Shown one piece after another: positions 1 to 7,459 of a DNA stretch of 30,972 nt. A program made the position numbers and the translations under genes. Every line of letters starts with the position of its first letter. The first letter of the stretch is position 1. Under the pieces are notes generated by a model. It saw nothing but the letters and a program-made list of their open reading frames with translations. It ran no database searches and was not told the origin of the DNA. The stretch comes from a virus (taxonomy: Duplodnaviria; Heunggongvirae; Uroviricota; Caudoviricetes). The stretch is from the IMG/VR virus record IMGVR_UViG_2711768059_000015; one strand, written 5' to 3'.

Positions 1-1314
1 CTAACTTACTGATTTTAATAGACCTCTTGTGTCACTTTGGTGACTATGGGACATCATTGGGACATAATCTGCCAGCTTCTGATTCAGCATGGCGATCTGT
101 TCTGCATTGCTGTCAGTCATCCATGCTCCGTATACATTGAACACCATCTGGGCACTTGCATGGCCCATCTGGCTGGCAATGAAGCTTGGATTTGCTCCGG
201 CAGATAATGACCAGCACGCATAAGTGTGTCGTGACTGGTATGCCTTTCGATACCTGATGCCAGCACGCTTAATGGCTGTTTCCCATGAGTCGCCAATGGA
301 ATCTACCTTGTAGATAAAACCTACCTGTTTGCTTTTTCTAACCACCTGGGGGTTAAATACGAAAGTACATTCATGATTCACTGAACGTCCATATTCACGT
401 AGTTGCACCTTGATGTGGTGCTGCTTACCCAGTCTTGTCATTTCAGCCTGATTTTTCAGGACACTGATAGCGGGCTGGATAAGATGCACAACCCTGTTTG
501 TACTTGCTTCAGTTTTAGGTAGAGTGAACTCACCGAGTTTCGTATAATTGCGCCTGATAGTAATTGTTCCTGCTTTCAGATCGATATCTTCCCAGGCCAG
601 GGAGACCAGTTCACCATGACGCATTCCTGTGTACACAGCCAATGACCACAGGTTTTTTGTCTGCTGATGCCGGCAAGCATCTATCAGGCGAATAAATTCG
701 TCACGAGTTAGCGGATCTGGCTCTGCCCTGGCTTTTTTAAGAGGCTTAATTCTCTCGAAGGGATTTGCTTCTAAGTAACCGTGATCTGCAGCAAACTGGA
801 ACATTCCAGCGATTGTCGTCATGTAATAATTTACTGTGACAACGCTTCGTCCTTTTACTCGAGCTTTACCTTTTGTTGGATTTTGGTATCCGGTCAGCAA
901 ATCTTTCCTGATATACAGCAATTCCTCTTTGGTCACCGTTGACACCAGTCTGCTACCTCCAATTTTCGGAACCATCGTTCTTGCAACGGATTTATAGCGA
1001 TTGAATGCATTTGCAGAGATTTCCATGCGTTTCAGATCCAGCCACTTTTCTTCAAGTTCTTTCACCGTAATTTCTTTTTTATTTACCCCAAAAGCCTTGA
1101 GGTTAGGAGAGTCAGGGAACTGCGCAGCATAATCAAAGTTTCCTGTACGAATGGCAAAACATACAGATGTCCGCAGCTCTCCGGCGATCTTCCTGTTCTT
1201 GACAGTGTCAGGGACACCAAGATTTTCCCTGACACGTTTACCTTTAAAATTAAACCAGATGCGTAATGTGCCGCCGTGGTTTTCGACGCCTGTTGGATAT
1301 TTGACTTTATCCAT
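1..1314 (-). CDS. int: Phage integrase, tyrosine recombinase family
   Basis: Complete 437-aa ORF with stop at 1-3. GGAGGT RBS 5 nt upstream of the ATG at 1314. C-terminal region has the R..H..R..Y-type catalytic pattern (RHTYA, GHAS, VYGAWM). Sits beside an excisionase-like gene at the prophage end. Confidence 0.9.
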   Translation of the reverse strand: MDKVKYPTGVENHGGTLRIWFNFKGKRVRENLGVPDTVKNRKIAGELRTSVCFAIRTGNFDYAAQFPDSPNLKAFGVNKKEITVKELEEKWLDLKRMEISANAFNRYKSVARTMVPKIGGSRLVSTVTKEELLYIRKDLLTGYQNPTKGKARVKGRSVVTVNYYMTTIAGMFQFAADHGYLEANPFERIKPLKKARAEPDPLTRDEFIRLIDACRHQQTKNLWSLAVYTGMRHGELVSLAWEDIDLKAGTITIRRNYTKLGEFTLPKTEASTNRVVHLIQPAISVLKNQAEMTRLGKQHHIKVQLREYGRSVNHECTFVFNPQVVRKSKQVGFIYKVDSIGDSWETAIKRAGIRYRKAYQSRHTYACWSLSAGANPSFIASQMGHASAQMVFNVYGAWMTDSNAEQIAMLNQKLADYVPMMSHSHQSDTRGLLKSVS

Positions 1315-1369
1315 TGATACCTCCAGACGCCCAAGAGCGATACGAGCTTACATATTTCATGGTATTAAA

Positions 1370-1606
1370 TCACCCAGGTTGTTTGTTTTTCATTGAAGAG
1401 ACCCAGGCATCTATTGCTTTTCTGTTATACATACATTCACTGGAAGGTTTTGGATTACCGTCTGGCGATACGTGAATATACTCTCTTCCTACCATCCAGC
1501 ATTCTTTCCGGGCTCGGAGAATTGTGCCAGGTTTGAGCCCGGTAATTGCGATAAGAACGCTTTCACAAACCCATTCATTGGGAGCCAGTTGAATCACATT
1601 GCCCAT
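1370..1606 (-). CDS. xis: Excisionase-like small DNA-binding protein (recombination directionality factor)
   Basis: 78 aa, directly upstream of int on the same strand. TGAGGT RBS. The EW...R...W..GREY pattern resembles the lambda Xis winged-helix motif. Confidence 0.6.
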   Translation of the reverse strand: MGNVIQLAPNEWVCESVLIAITGLKPGTILRARKECWMVGREYIHVSPDGNPKPSSECMYNRKAIDAWVSSMKNKQPG

Positions 1607-1614
1607 GTATTACC

Positions 1615-1761
1615 TCACACAACACTCAGCCCACGGCAGTGGCACCACACTTCAAACATTCGTTTCACAACTTCACGGCAGTAGAAACCGTCAACATCTC
1701 GCGTCAGGTCATAACGATTGCCGTAACGCTGGCGTACCCATAGCTCAAACGCTTTATTCAT
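1615..1761 (-). CDS. Small hypothetical protein (48 aa, Cys/His-containing)
   Basis: Not in the ORF track (<60 aa). ATG at 1761 preceded by an AAGGAAG RBS; stop at 1615-1617. Tightly packed between xis and the upstream gene (3-nt gap to its stop). Product MNKAFELWVRQRYGNRYDLTRDVDGFYCREVVKRMFEVWCHCRGLSVV. Confidence 0.35.
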   Translation of the reverse strand: MNKAFELWVRQRYGNRYDLTRDVDGFYCREVVKRMFEVWCHCRGLSVV

Positions 1762-1764
1762 TCG

Positions 1765-2007
1765 CTACTTCCTTTTCATGGCTCGTAATTTTTTCAGATG
1801 AGCTTCCTGCTCTGTTTCTGCCAGAATTTGTCGGTATTCCTGGTGATCGATCCGTTCAAACGATTCATTAAAATCGTTCATTTTTACCGATTGTGTTCGC
1901 CCATCCATTCTTCTGTACAACACGGTGTTATTTATGCAGCGAATAATTTTTACCGGGTAACCGGCACTGTCGGTATACAGTTGTCCCTGATTAATCAAAG
2001 CAAACAT
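1765..2007 (-). CDS. Hypothetical protein (80 aa)
   Basis: Internal ATG at 2007 of track ORF 1765-2130, with an AGGAG RBS 6-10 nt upstream. The longer 121-aa version would overlap the upstream gene. No family recognised. Confidence 0.45.
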   Translation of the reverse strand: MFALINQGQLYTDSAGYPVKIIRCINNTVLYRRMDGRTQSVKMNDFNESFERIDHQEYRQILAETEQEAHLKKLRAMKRK

Positions 2008-2038
2008 TTTTTCTCCTGCTCTCTGAATAGTGAGAACT

Positions 2039-2410
2039 TCAGAGCCGTATGTTTGTAGCGGGTTCAATACTGATAATTTCTGCTGAGATAAGCATCCCGG
2101 CAAGCCAGAGTTCTCCGGACAGGTCTTCATCCTGACATATCAGTTCGCCAATATTAATGGTGGCCATGATATCTGTTTCCCCTGTGCGCTCATCCTTGAC
2201 TTCTTCATAAGGCAGCGTTGCGTACAGGCTTTCAATAGCGCAACTGATAACATCCAGTCCGGTCAGATTGCCGCCGACAGTAACTTCGAATGTTTCGCGG
2301 TATTCCCATAGTCCGAAAGTTAATCGAACGGTTTGGTTTGCCATGCGTCCGCATGACGTCAGATTCGGGTCATAGTTCATTATTTGCGGTTGAGTATTCT
2401 GGGTGTTCAT
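2039..2410 (-). CDS. Hypothetical protein (123 aa)
   Basis: Track ORF 2039-2485 trimmed to the ATG at 2410 (MNTQNTQ...), which has an AAGGGA RBS at good spacing and does not overlap the SPFH gene. No family recognised. Confidence 0.5.
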   Translation of the reverse strand: MNTQNTQPQIMNYDPNLTSCGRMANQTVRLTFGLWEYRETFEVTVGGNLTGLDVISCAIESLYATLPYEEVKDERTGETDIMATINIGELICQDEDLSGELWLAGMLISAEIISIEPATNIRL

Positions 2411-2450
2411 CTGCATTTCCCTTAGCCCGGCGGCCTGCCGGGCATATAAG

Positions 2451-3278
2451 TTATTTAATCTGGATAAATGGTGTATTGGCACCACTGGTCATGTATTGCG
2501 GCAGTGTACCGTTCCACTTGTTGATGGCTTCCAGCTCCATGACGCCTGGGTTCTGGCGTAGAGCTTCGCCGCGTAAACGAATGGCATCGGCTTCTGCCTG
2601 GGCTTTTGTTCGAATGGCATCAGCCTGTCCGGCAGCTTCCGCACGTAGCATGTTGGCCTCCGCTTCACGTTGCTTGACTTCCTGCTCGCGCTGCAGGGTT
2701 TTCTGGTTTGCCGTGACTTTGGCGTTAATGCTGTCGATAACGGTTGGAGGGTATTCCGGTTTACCTACATAAGAGAGGCTCATTACCTGAATGCCGATGG
2801 GTGTCATCTCTTCCTGAATGTCTTTAAGTGCGGCATCCAGTAGTTCAGACTTGCCGCCGTCGATAAATTTGTCAGTGGTCATTTTGCTGGCCAGCCGATT
2901 GAGTGCGTCGGCAATTTTCTGGCGCAGGTCAGTGTCGGTAATGTCATCCACGCCTTTGCGGTAGGTCTGAAACACCGTGGTAACTTTGGATGGATCAACT
3001 TTGTAGGCCACACCGATGTGATAGCCGATGGTTGTACCGTCACTCATCTGGAAACTGAACGGTTCATCGTAGGTCTTCATTTGTTTGAAGGTGGGGAAGA
3101 TATAAACTTCAGTATTCCAGCCAGTCCAGTAGCGACCAACACCGACCACCTCACCGACACCTTTGTCGTCGCCTAGTTTATTTACCTTGATGCCAACATT
3201 ACCTGGTTCAACGCGATCGCAACCGACAAGGCCAATAGTCGGCAGAACAATGGCTAAAGCAAAAATAATTTTTTTCAT
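2451..3278 (-). CDS. SPFH/band-7 (prohibitin/HflK-C-like) domain lipoprotein
   Basis: 275 aa. N-terminal signal peptide with lipobox (LVGC). Central band-7 core and a C-terminal Ala/Glu/Arg/Gln-rich coiled coil typical of SPFH proteins. AAGGA RBS. Its start overlaps the upstream small membrane gene's stop (ATGA). Confidence 0.8.
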   Translation of the reverse strand: MKKIIFALAIVLPTIGLVGCDRVEPGNVGIKVNKLGDDKGVGEVVGVGRYWTGWNTEVYIFPTFKQMKTYDEPFSFQMSDGTTIGYHIGVAYKVDPSKVTTVFQTYRKGVDDITDTDLRQKIADALNRLASKMTTDKFIDGGKSELLDAALKDIQEEMTPIGIQVMSLSYVGKPEYPPTVIDSINAKVTANQKTLQREQEVKQREAEANMLRAEAAGQADAIRTKAQAEADAIRLRGEALRQNPGVMELEAINKWNGTLPQYMTSGANTPFIQIK

Positions 3279-3463
3279 CTTTTATCCTTAGTGAAAGAAA
3301 GACCCTTGTAAATGGCATAAATGCAGGGCGGGGTCAGAAACGCCAGTGCAAAGCCAGAAATAACTGCTATCGTATCCTTCATGGATATAAGGAACGGAAC
3401 GAATAATCCGTAAATGCATGCGATAATTGCCAGTAAAATTACTATTTTGAAATACAGTCTCAT
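3275..3463 (-). CDS. Small two-helix membrane protein (62 aa), translationally coupled to the SPFH gene
   Basis: Strongly hydrophobic sequence with two predicted TM helices. Stop overlaps the SPFH start (ATGA). Confidence 0.55.
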   Translation of the reverse strand: MRLYFKIVILLAIIACIYGLFVPFLISMKDTIAVISGFALAFLTPPCIYAIYKGLSFTKDKR

Positions 3464-3486
3464 TGGTCTGTGGTATCCCGATATTT

Positions 3487-3594
3487 TTAACCGACTGACA
3501 GCGCAATAAAGAGAATAATGATTTCAGTTAGTGTCAGCACTGTGGCAAGGATTAAAATCAGTTTTACTCTGTTTAATTCACGGTTGCTTTTCAT
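3487..3594 (-). CDS. Tiny single-TM membrane peptide (35 aa)
   Basis: Not in track. ATG at 3594, stop at 3487-3489. Product MKSNRELNRVKLILILATVLTLTEIIILFIALSVG (charged N-terminus then one hydrophobic helix). Candidate -10 TATAAT lies about 30 nt upstream on the minus strand. Confidence 0.35.
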   Translation of the reverse strand: MKSNRELNRVKLILILATVLTLTEIIILFIALSVG

Positions 3595-3639
3595 ATAAAC
3601 GGTTAGTAAAAAATGGAAGAATTATAGTCTTCTTAATAT

Positions 3640-4221
3640 TTAATGTGTCACTGGCGCTTCTGGCATACCATGAGTATTCAGGTCGTTAATCATTTCATCC
3701 AGAAGGAGTTCAAGCCCTTCGCGCCCCATAGCAGAGAGAATGAAACCATTATCAGGATCTGCGATGAGCATTTTTTGATAGAGAAACAGAACTCGCCCCA
3801 TGCCTTCAGTTTCGCCATATTTTTCAATAAATCCCCATTCGACATGGTTTTGCAGGGCAATGCGAAGTGGTCCTGGGTATATACTCATGCAACCATGTTT
3901 CCCCTTATAAATAACTGCGCGATCTGTCGTCCCGTTATCGTTAGGGATATCAATAGTGCCGTTCTTGTTTTCCTCTTCACTGATAAACGTTGCCACATAC
4001 AGCCAGCGCCATTGAGCAACCTTCATATCGACTGAAAATCTTCCCAGGAATCTGGCATCATCGGCTTCAGCAATACATTGCATGATTCTTAAGCCGTGCC
4101 AGTATGGATTGTCGTATTCACCATCATTAAGTCGCTGTACGGCCTCAACATAATCAATGGTTGTATTGTCAATTTTTATGCCATGAGCTGTCGCTTCTGG
4201 TTTGAATTCAAAATTGTTCAT
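3640..4221 (-). CDS. Hypothetical protein (193 aa), AT-rich accessory gene
   Basis: Track ORF 3640-4296 trimmed to the ATG at 4221 (MNNFEFKPE...) with an AAGGA RBS. Start overlaps the stop of the upstream 62-aa gene (ATGA). No family recognised. Confidence 0.6.
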   Translation of the reverse strand: MNNFEFKPEATAHGIKIDNTTIDYVEAVQRLNDGEYDNPYWHGLRIMQCIAEADDARFLGRFSVDMKVAQWRWLYVATFISEEENKNGTIDIPNDNGTTDRAVIYKGKHGCMSIYPGPLRIALQNHVEWGFIEKYGETEGMGRVLFLYQKMLIADPDNGFILSAMGREGLELLLDEMINDLNTHGMPEAPVTH

Positions 4222-4406
4222 AATGTTTGTTCCTTTGCTGGTGGAATAATCGTGTAACCCGCTCTTTTTGCCATCCACAGAAATGTATCCATGCAACCAA
4301 CGAATTCATTATCCAACAGATGTTTTGAGTAAATTACTTCACCATTTTCAATGGTTAGCAACACTCTTACTTTTTTATGTGTTATGTTCTGTTGTTTTTC
4401 TTTCAT
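4218..4406 (-). CDS. Hypothetical small protein (62 aa), coupled to the downstream 193-aa gene
   Basis: ATG at 4406 with a GGGAGA RBS. Overlapping stop/start with the next gene. Confidence 0.5.
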   Translation of the reverse strand: MKEKQQNITHKKVRVLLTIENGEVIYSKHLLDNEFVGCMDTFLWMAKRAGYTIIPPAKEQTL

Positions 4407-4410
4407 TTAT

Positions 4411-4524
4411 TTATCTCCCATATGCTTTGCGCAAATACAGGTTGGCTATATGAAGATAAGAATCTCCATGTTGTGCAATGAGGCAGGCAGTTTTATACGA
4501 TGCCTTATTTTTCAGGAAAGCCAT
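4411..4524 (-). CDS. Possible small basic protein (37 aa)
   Basis: Not in track. ATG at 4524 with an AGGAG RBS 8 nt upstream; stop at 4411-4413. Product MAFLKNKASYKTACLIAQHGDSYLHIANLYLRKAYGR. Could equally be an untranslated leader. Confidence 0.2.
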   Translation of the reverse strand: MAFLKNKASYKTACLIAQHGDSYLHIANLYLRKAYGR

Positions 4525-4610
4525 AACATAATCTCCTGCGAATAAAGGTTGCAACAATCCCCGGCGATAAAACCGTAATAAACATTCAGTGAATATTTAT
4601 TGTTATTGCG

Positions 4611-4802
4611 CTAATTCTTTTTGACTGCAGCTTTCGAATATTCACATGCAAAAGACAGGATTTCATCACCTAATGTTTTTGCATTCTGATTATTTGACAT
4701 CTGTAAAACTTGCGCAGCGCACAACAGACTATGAATGTTTATTGCAAATGAATCCGATGCCAGACAAATACCTTCGAAATTGTCATGGATATTACTATTC
4801 AC
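4611..4802 (-). CDS. Small protein (63 aa) paralogous to the N-terminal domain of the adjacent HTH protein
   Basis: GTG start at 4802 with AAGGAG RBS, the upstream gene's TAA stop, then a 5-nt spacer. The segment DSFAINIHSLLCAAQVLQ...LGDEILSFACEYS aligns with DSFALNIANLLSAVRTFH...LGIEVMEFIHEYA of the 150-aa neighbour at roughly 40% identity (by eye). Confidence 0.55.
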   Translation of the reverse strand: MNSNIHDNFEGICLASDSFAINIHSLLCAAQVLQMSNNQNAKTLGDEILSFACEYSKAAVKKN

Positions 4803-4807
4803 TGCTG

Positions 4808-5260
4808 TTACTCCTTTGCAGCATTGCTACCAGTCAATAACCACATCGGATCGCAGCCAAGAATATTTGCCAGTGGGATAAGCATACTGATGGTTGGTTC
4901 ATACTCTCCGCTCTCCCACTGGATGATGATTTCTTCATCAAGAGCGAGCAGCCTGGCGAGTTCGGCTGTTGTTAAGCCGCAGGCTTCGCGTTGGGTGCGA
5001 AGGTTAACCAGCCAGCTTTCAGGGAAGGATTGTTTTTGTTGTGCAGGAGAAGCAGCAGATAGAGCATATTCATGGATAAATTCCATTACCTCAATGCCCA
5101 GTTCCTTTGAGCGAGCACAATCCAGAAGATGGAATGTGCGTACAGCACTTAGCAAATTTGCAATATTTAATGCAAAGGAATCAAGTTCTAAGCCCTTAAG
5201 CGTAACACAGCCGCAGTTGATAAAATTAGTTGTTTCTGGAGTTGCTTTTAGTGTCTTCAT
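4808..5260 (-). CDS. Two-domain protein: unrecognised N-terminal domain plus C-terminal XRE-type helix-turn-helix
   Basis: 150 aa. C-terminal LRTQREACGLTTAELARLLALDEEIIIQWESGEYEPTISMLIPLANILGCDP matches the HTH_XRE pattern. First gene downstream of the candidate PL promoter; GGTGGA RBS. Confidence 0.7.
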   Translation of the reverse strand: MKTLKATPETTNFINCGCVTLKGLELDSFALNIANLLSAVRTFHLLDCARSKELGIEVMEFIHEYALSAASPAQQKQSFPESWLVNLRTQREACGLTTAELARLLALDEEIIIQWESGEYEPTISMLIPLANILGCDPMWLLTGSNAAKE

Positions 5261-5290
5261 ATATCCACCAACAATTTTAAATTGAATTAA

Positions 5291-5307
5291 ATCAAGTTAT
5301 AATTGAT
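5291..5307. promoter_or_regulatory. Candidate OL operator (17-bp ATCAA-N7-TTGAT palindrome)
   Basis: ATCAAGTTATAATTGAT matches ATCAAGTTAATATTGGT in the cI-cro intergenic region at 14 of 17 positions. Lies just downstream of the -10 of the candidate PL. Confidence 0.45.
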
Positions 5308-5313
5308 GGTGCG

Positions 5314-5342
5314 ATATTATGCTTTGGGAAATAGGCTGTCAA
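5314..5342 (-). promoter_or_regulatory. Candidate sigma-70 early-left promoter (PL-like)
   Basis: Minus strand reads TTGACA, 17-nt spacer, TAATAT (near-consensus -35 and -10). Located between the cI terminator and the first leftward gene. Confidence 0.5.
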
Positions 5343-5370
5343 GAAAAAATTGATATCGTATATTTCAGGC

Positions 5371-5394
5371 AGAAAAAAACGGGCAAAGCCCGTT
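5371..5394 (-). terminator. Rho-independent terminator downstream of cI
   Basis: Minus strand reads AACGGGC-TTT-GCCCGTT followed by a 7-T run, 12 nt after the cI stop. Confidence 0.55.
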
Positions 5395-5405
5395 AAAATC
5401 AAAGA

Positions 5406-6095
5406 CTAACCAAATCTGTTTATGTTGAATGGTACTGATGAGATCACTTTAGACTGGATATAAAGCAGAGCTAACCCCTCTTTTTCGATGCTCCATGGTT
5501 GATAATTGGGGTTATCAGATAACACCATGATTTTGCTTCCAATTTTTTGAAGCCTTTTCACGTAGCATTCTCCATCAAAACAAAATGCATAAATACCATC
5601 GCCATCAAAATAAGTTACTGTCTTATCAAGAAAAAGAAGGTCGCCAGGTGAGATTGTGGGAGCCATACTGTCTCCTCTGGCGTTACCTATTTCTATATTT
5701 TTGAATGCCCGATTTCCAACAAGACGTCGGGCATATTCAGGATCAAGTTCTATTGAGCGCACTACATCTATCAAGTCACCACGGACATGAGTTCCATCAC
5801 CGCAACTAAACTCAACATCAAGGACATTAAACACGACGCTATCTGTTCTTGTCTGGTGTTTCTCTTGCGAGGAAAAGGTTGGTGAGGAGTCTTCACCTAA
5901 GAACCAGGATTGTGGATAACCGCTAATCTCTGATAAATGCGCGAGCTTATCACTCCGTGGAAATGTTTTTCCTGTTGTCCAGTACTGCACTGATTGCGCA
6001 CTCACACCTAACTTGCGGGCCAGTTGAGCCTGAGTCCATCCTTTTGCTTTCAGCATCGCGGCTATTCGATTTTCCGTGTTTTTGACGTTCTTCAT
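5406..6095 (-). CDS. cI: CI-type prophage repressor (N-terminal XRE HTH, C-terminal S24 LexA-like peptidase domain)
   Basis: 229 aa. N-terminal HTH (GWTQAQLARKLGVSAQSVQYW). C-terminal S24 autocleavage domain with the catalytic Ser in GDSMAPT and a downstream Lys. Divergent from a Cro-like gene. Confidence 0.9.
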   Translation of the reverse strand: MKNVKNTENRIAAMLKAKGWTQAQLARKLGVSAQSVQYWTTGKTFPRSDKLAHLSEISGYPQSWFLGEDSSPTFSSQEKHQTRTDSVVFNVLDVEFSCGDGTHVRGDLIDVVRSIELDPEYARRLVGNRAFKNIEIGNARGDSMAPTISPGDLLFLDKTVTYFDGDGIYAFCFDGECYVKRLQKIGSKIMVLSDNPNYQPWSIEKEGLALLYIQSKVISSVPFNINRFG

Positions 6096-6228
6096 GACCA
6101 GGTCCTGTGGGTTTCTTTACAAGGATAAATCTTTACTTGATTTTAGTGTATTCGATCCTTTTGCAACTTGCATGTTAATTTAATCTTGATATATTCTTGT
6201 GTTATCAAGTTAATATTGGTGTTTTGCT
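6096..6228. promoter_or_regulatory. Divergent cI-cro promoter/operator region (PRM/PR with OR sites)
   Basis: 133-bp AT-rich intergenic region between divergent repressor genes. Candidate PR is TTGATA (6186-6191), spacer, TAATAT (6211-6216). Palindromic elements include CTTGATA-N11-TATCAAG (6185-6209) and the operator-like 17-mer at 6204-6220 overlapping the -10. Confidence 0.6.
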
Positions 6229-6528
6229 ATGAAAGGAAATGATTACGACGTACTTCGCGCATTAATTGCGCAAAATGCCATTGCACGAAACCTTGGTGTA
6301 ACTCCGCAAGCGGTGAATCAGTGGTTTTCAAAAAACACAATTCCTGCTCGTTTTGTTTTACGCGTATGTGAAGTAGTTGCATGGAAGGTCACGCCACATG
6401 GCTTAAGGCCAGATCTTTATCCTCACCCTGAAGATGGAATTCCTGATTCGTTACGCAAAATTTCAAATCCAAGCCTAGCGCGCACGGAAGATGGGCAGAG
6501 TGATTCATCAGAAATGTCCACGCGATGA
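6229..6528 (+). CDS. cro: Cro-like repressor (YdaS/Cro HTH family)
   Basis: 99 aa, divergent from cI. N-terminal HTH (LGVTPQAVNQWFS) typical of the YdaS/Cro-type family. Confidence 0.75.
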   Translation: MKGNDYDVLRALIAQNAIARNLGVTPQAVNQWFSKNTIPARFVLRVCEVVAWKVTPHGLRPDLYPHPEDGIPDSLRKISNPSLARTEDGQSDSSEMSTR

Positions 6529-6604
6529 ACGGTTACTGAACGAAAAAAGAAAAGCCGGGCCGCACTCCGTCAGCCCGACTTATTCTGATTAGTAAGGGGA
6601 TTTC

Positions 6605-7459
6605 ATGATGATCAATAAACAAAAAATAGTCAACCCTGAAAACTTGCCAGTTATTGAGTGGCAGGGAGTACGTGTAGTTACCACCGAAACGTTGGCGGCG
6701 GGATATGGAACAACGCCAATCCGTATACAACAGAACTACATTCGAAACGAAGATCGTTTCGTTGAGGGTAAACACTTTTTCAAAATCAGCGGTGATGAGC
6801 TGAAATCTTTCCGACTATCTTTTAGCGAGTCGGTTAATAAACATACAACATCACTTGTCCTCTGGACAGAACGCGGCGCTGCCCGCATGTCAAAAATCGT
6901 CGATACAGACGAGGCCTGGTCGTTCTTCGAAAAAATGGAGCAGGCGTATTTTCGTAAAGCAACGCCTTCTTCAAACACTATTCCAGACTTTGACGATCCG
7001 ATCGCTGCTGCTGAAGCGTGGATTGAAGCCAAAAAATCCGAACGCCTTGCTCTCGGGTATGCAGAGCGTCAGGCTCGCTACATCAGCAAACTCGAAAGCC
7101 ATCTCGCCGATGGCATCACTCCTGTGCAGTTCTGCAAACAACTCAACGGTGTAAACACTCGTCAGATTAATGCGTTCCTTGAAGAGCGTAACTGGCTGTA
7201 TGACGACCGTCCGGAGGCTATGTATCCGCGCTGGCGTGTAAAAGCGTATGCACGTGACCAATACCTGACTGAGCGTTCTGGGCAGGTTGAGCAGGAAAAC
7301 GGGGAAATGCGCGAGATTTTCAAACCACTCCTGAAGAAAAAAGGTGCCGCCTGGTTATATCGCCATTATCTGAACGGTGAACTACCGATGAAGAAAACAT
7401 GGGATGGGCTGTTTACCCATAACACTGAGCTCGCGAATCTTTTACAGGAGAACAAATAA
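6605..7459 (+). CDS. Antirepressor-like protein (N-terminal ORF6N domain, C-terminal KilA-C/Ant domain)
   Basis: 284 aa with AAGGGGA RBS. N-terminal region carries the ORF6N-type LWTERGA motif; the C-terminal half resembles the phage antirepressor Ant/KilAC domain. Confidence 0.75.
   Translation: MMINKQKIVNPENLPVIEWQGVRVVTTETLAAGYGTTPIRIQQNYIRNEDRFVEGKHFFKISGDELKSFRLSFSESVNKHTTSLVLWTERGAARMSKIVDTDEAWSFFEKMEQAYFRKATPSSNTIPDFDDPIAAAEAWIEAKKSERLALGYAERQARYISKLESHLADGITPVQFCKQLNGVNTRQINAFLEERNWLYDDRPEAMYPRWRVKAYARDQYLTERSGQVEQENGEMREIFKPLLKKKGAAWLYRHYLNGELPMKKTWDGLFTHNTELANLLQENK

Noticed and set aside
1083-1396. Two short ORFs (83 aa minus strand, 81 aa plus strand) overlapping the integrase 5' end
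   Set aside because: They overlap the integrase coding sequence or its RBS region and have no independent signals.
2290-2772. 160-aa plus-strand ORF across the SPFH gene 3' end
   Set aside because: Antisense to the SPFH lipoprotein gene and the neighbouring 123-aa gene. No RBS.
6529-6604. Possible tR1-like terminator after cro
   Set aside because: There is an imperfect hairpin (AGCCGGGC...GCCCGACT) but with a mismatch and a 12-nt loop, followed by only a weakly U-rich tract. Too weak to call without folding energies.
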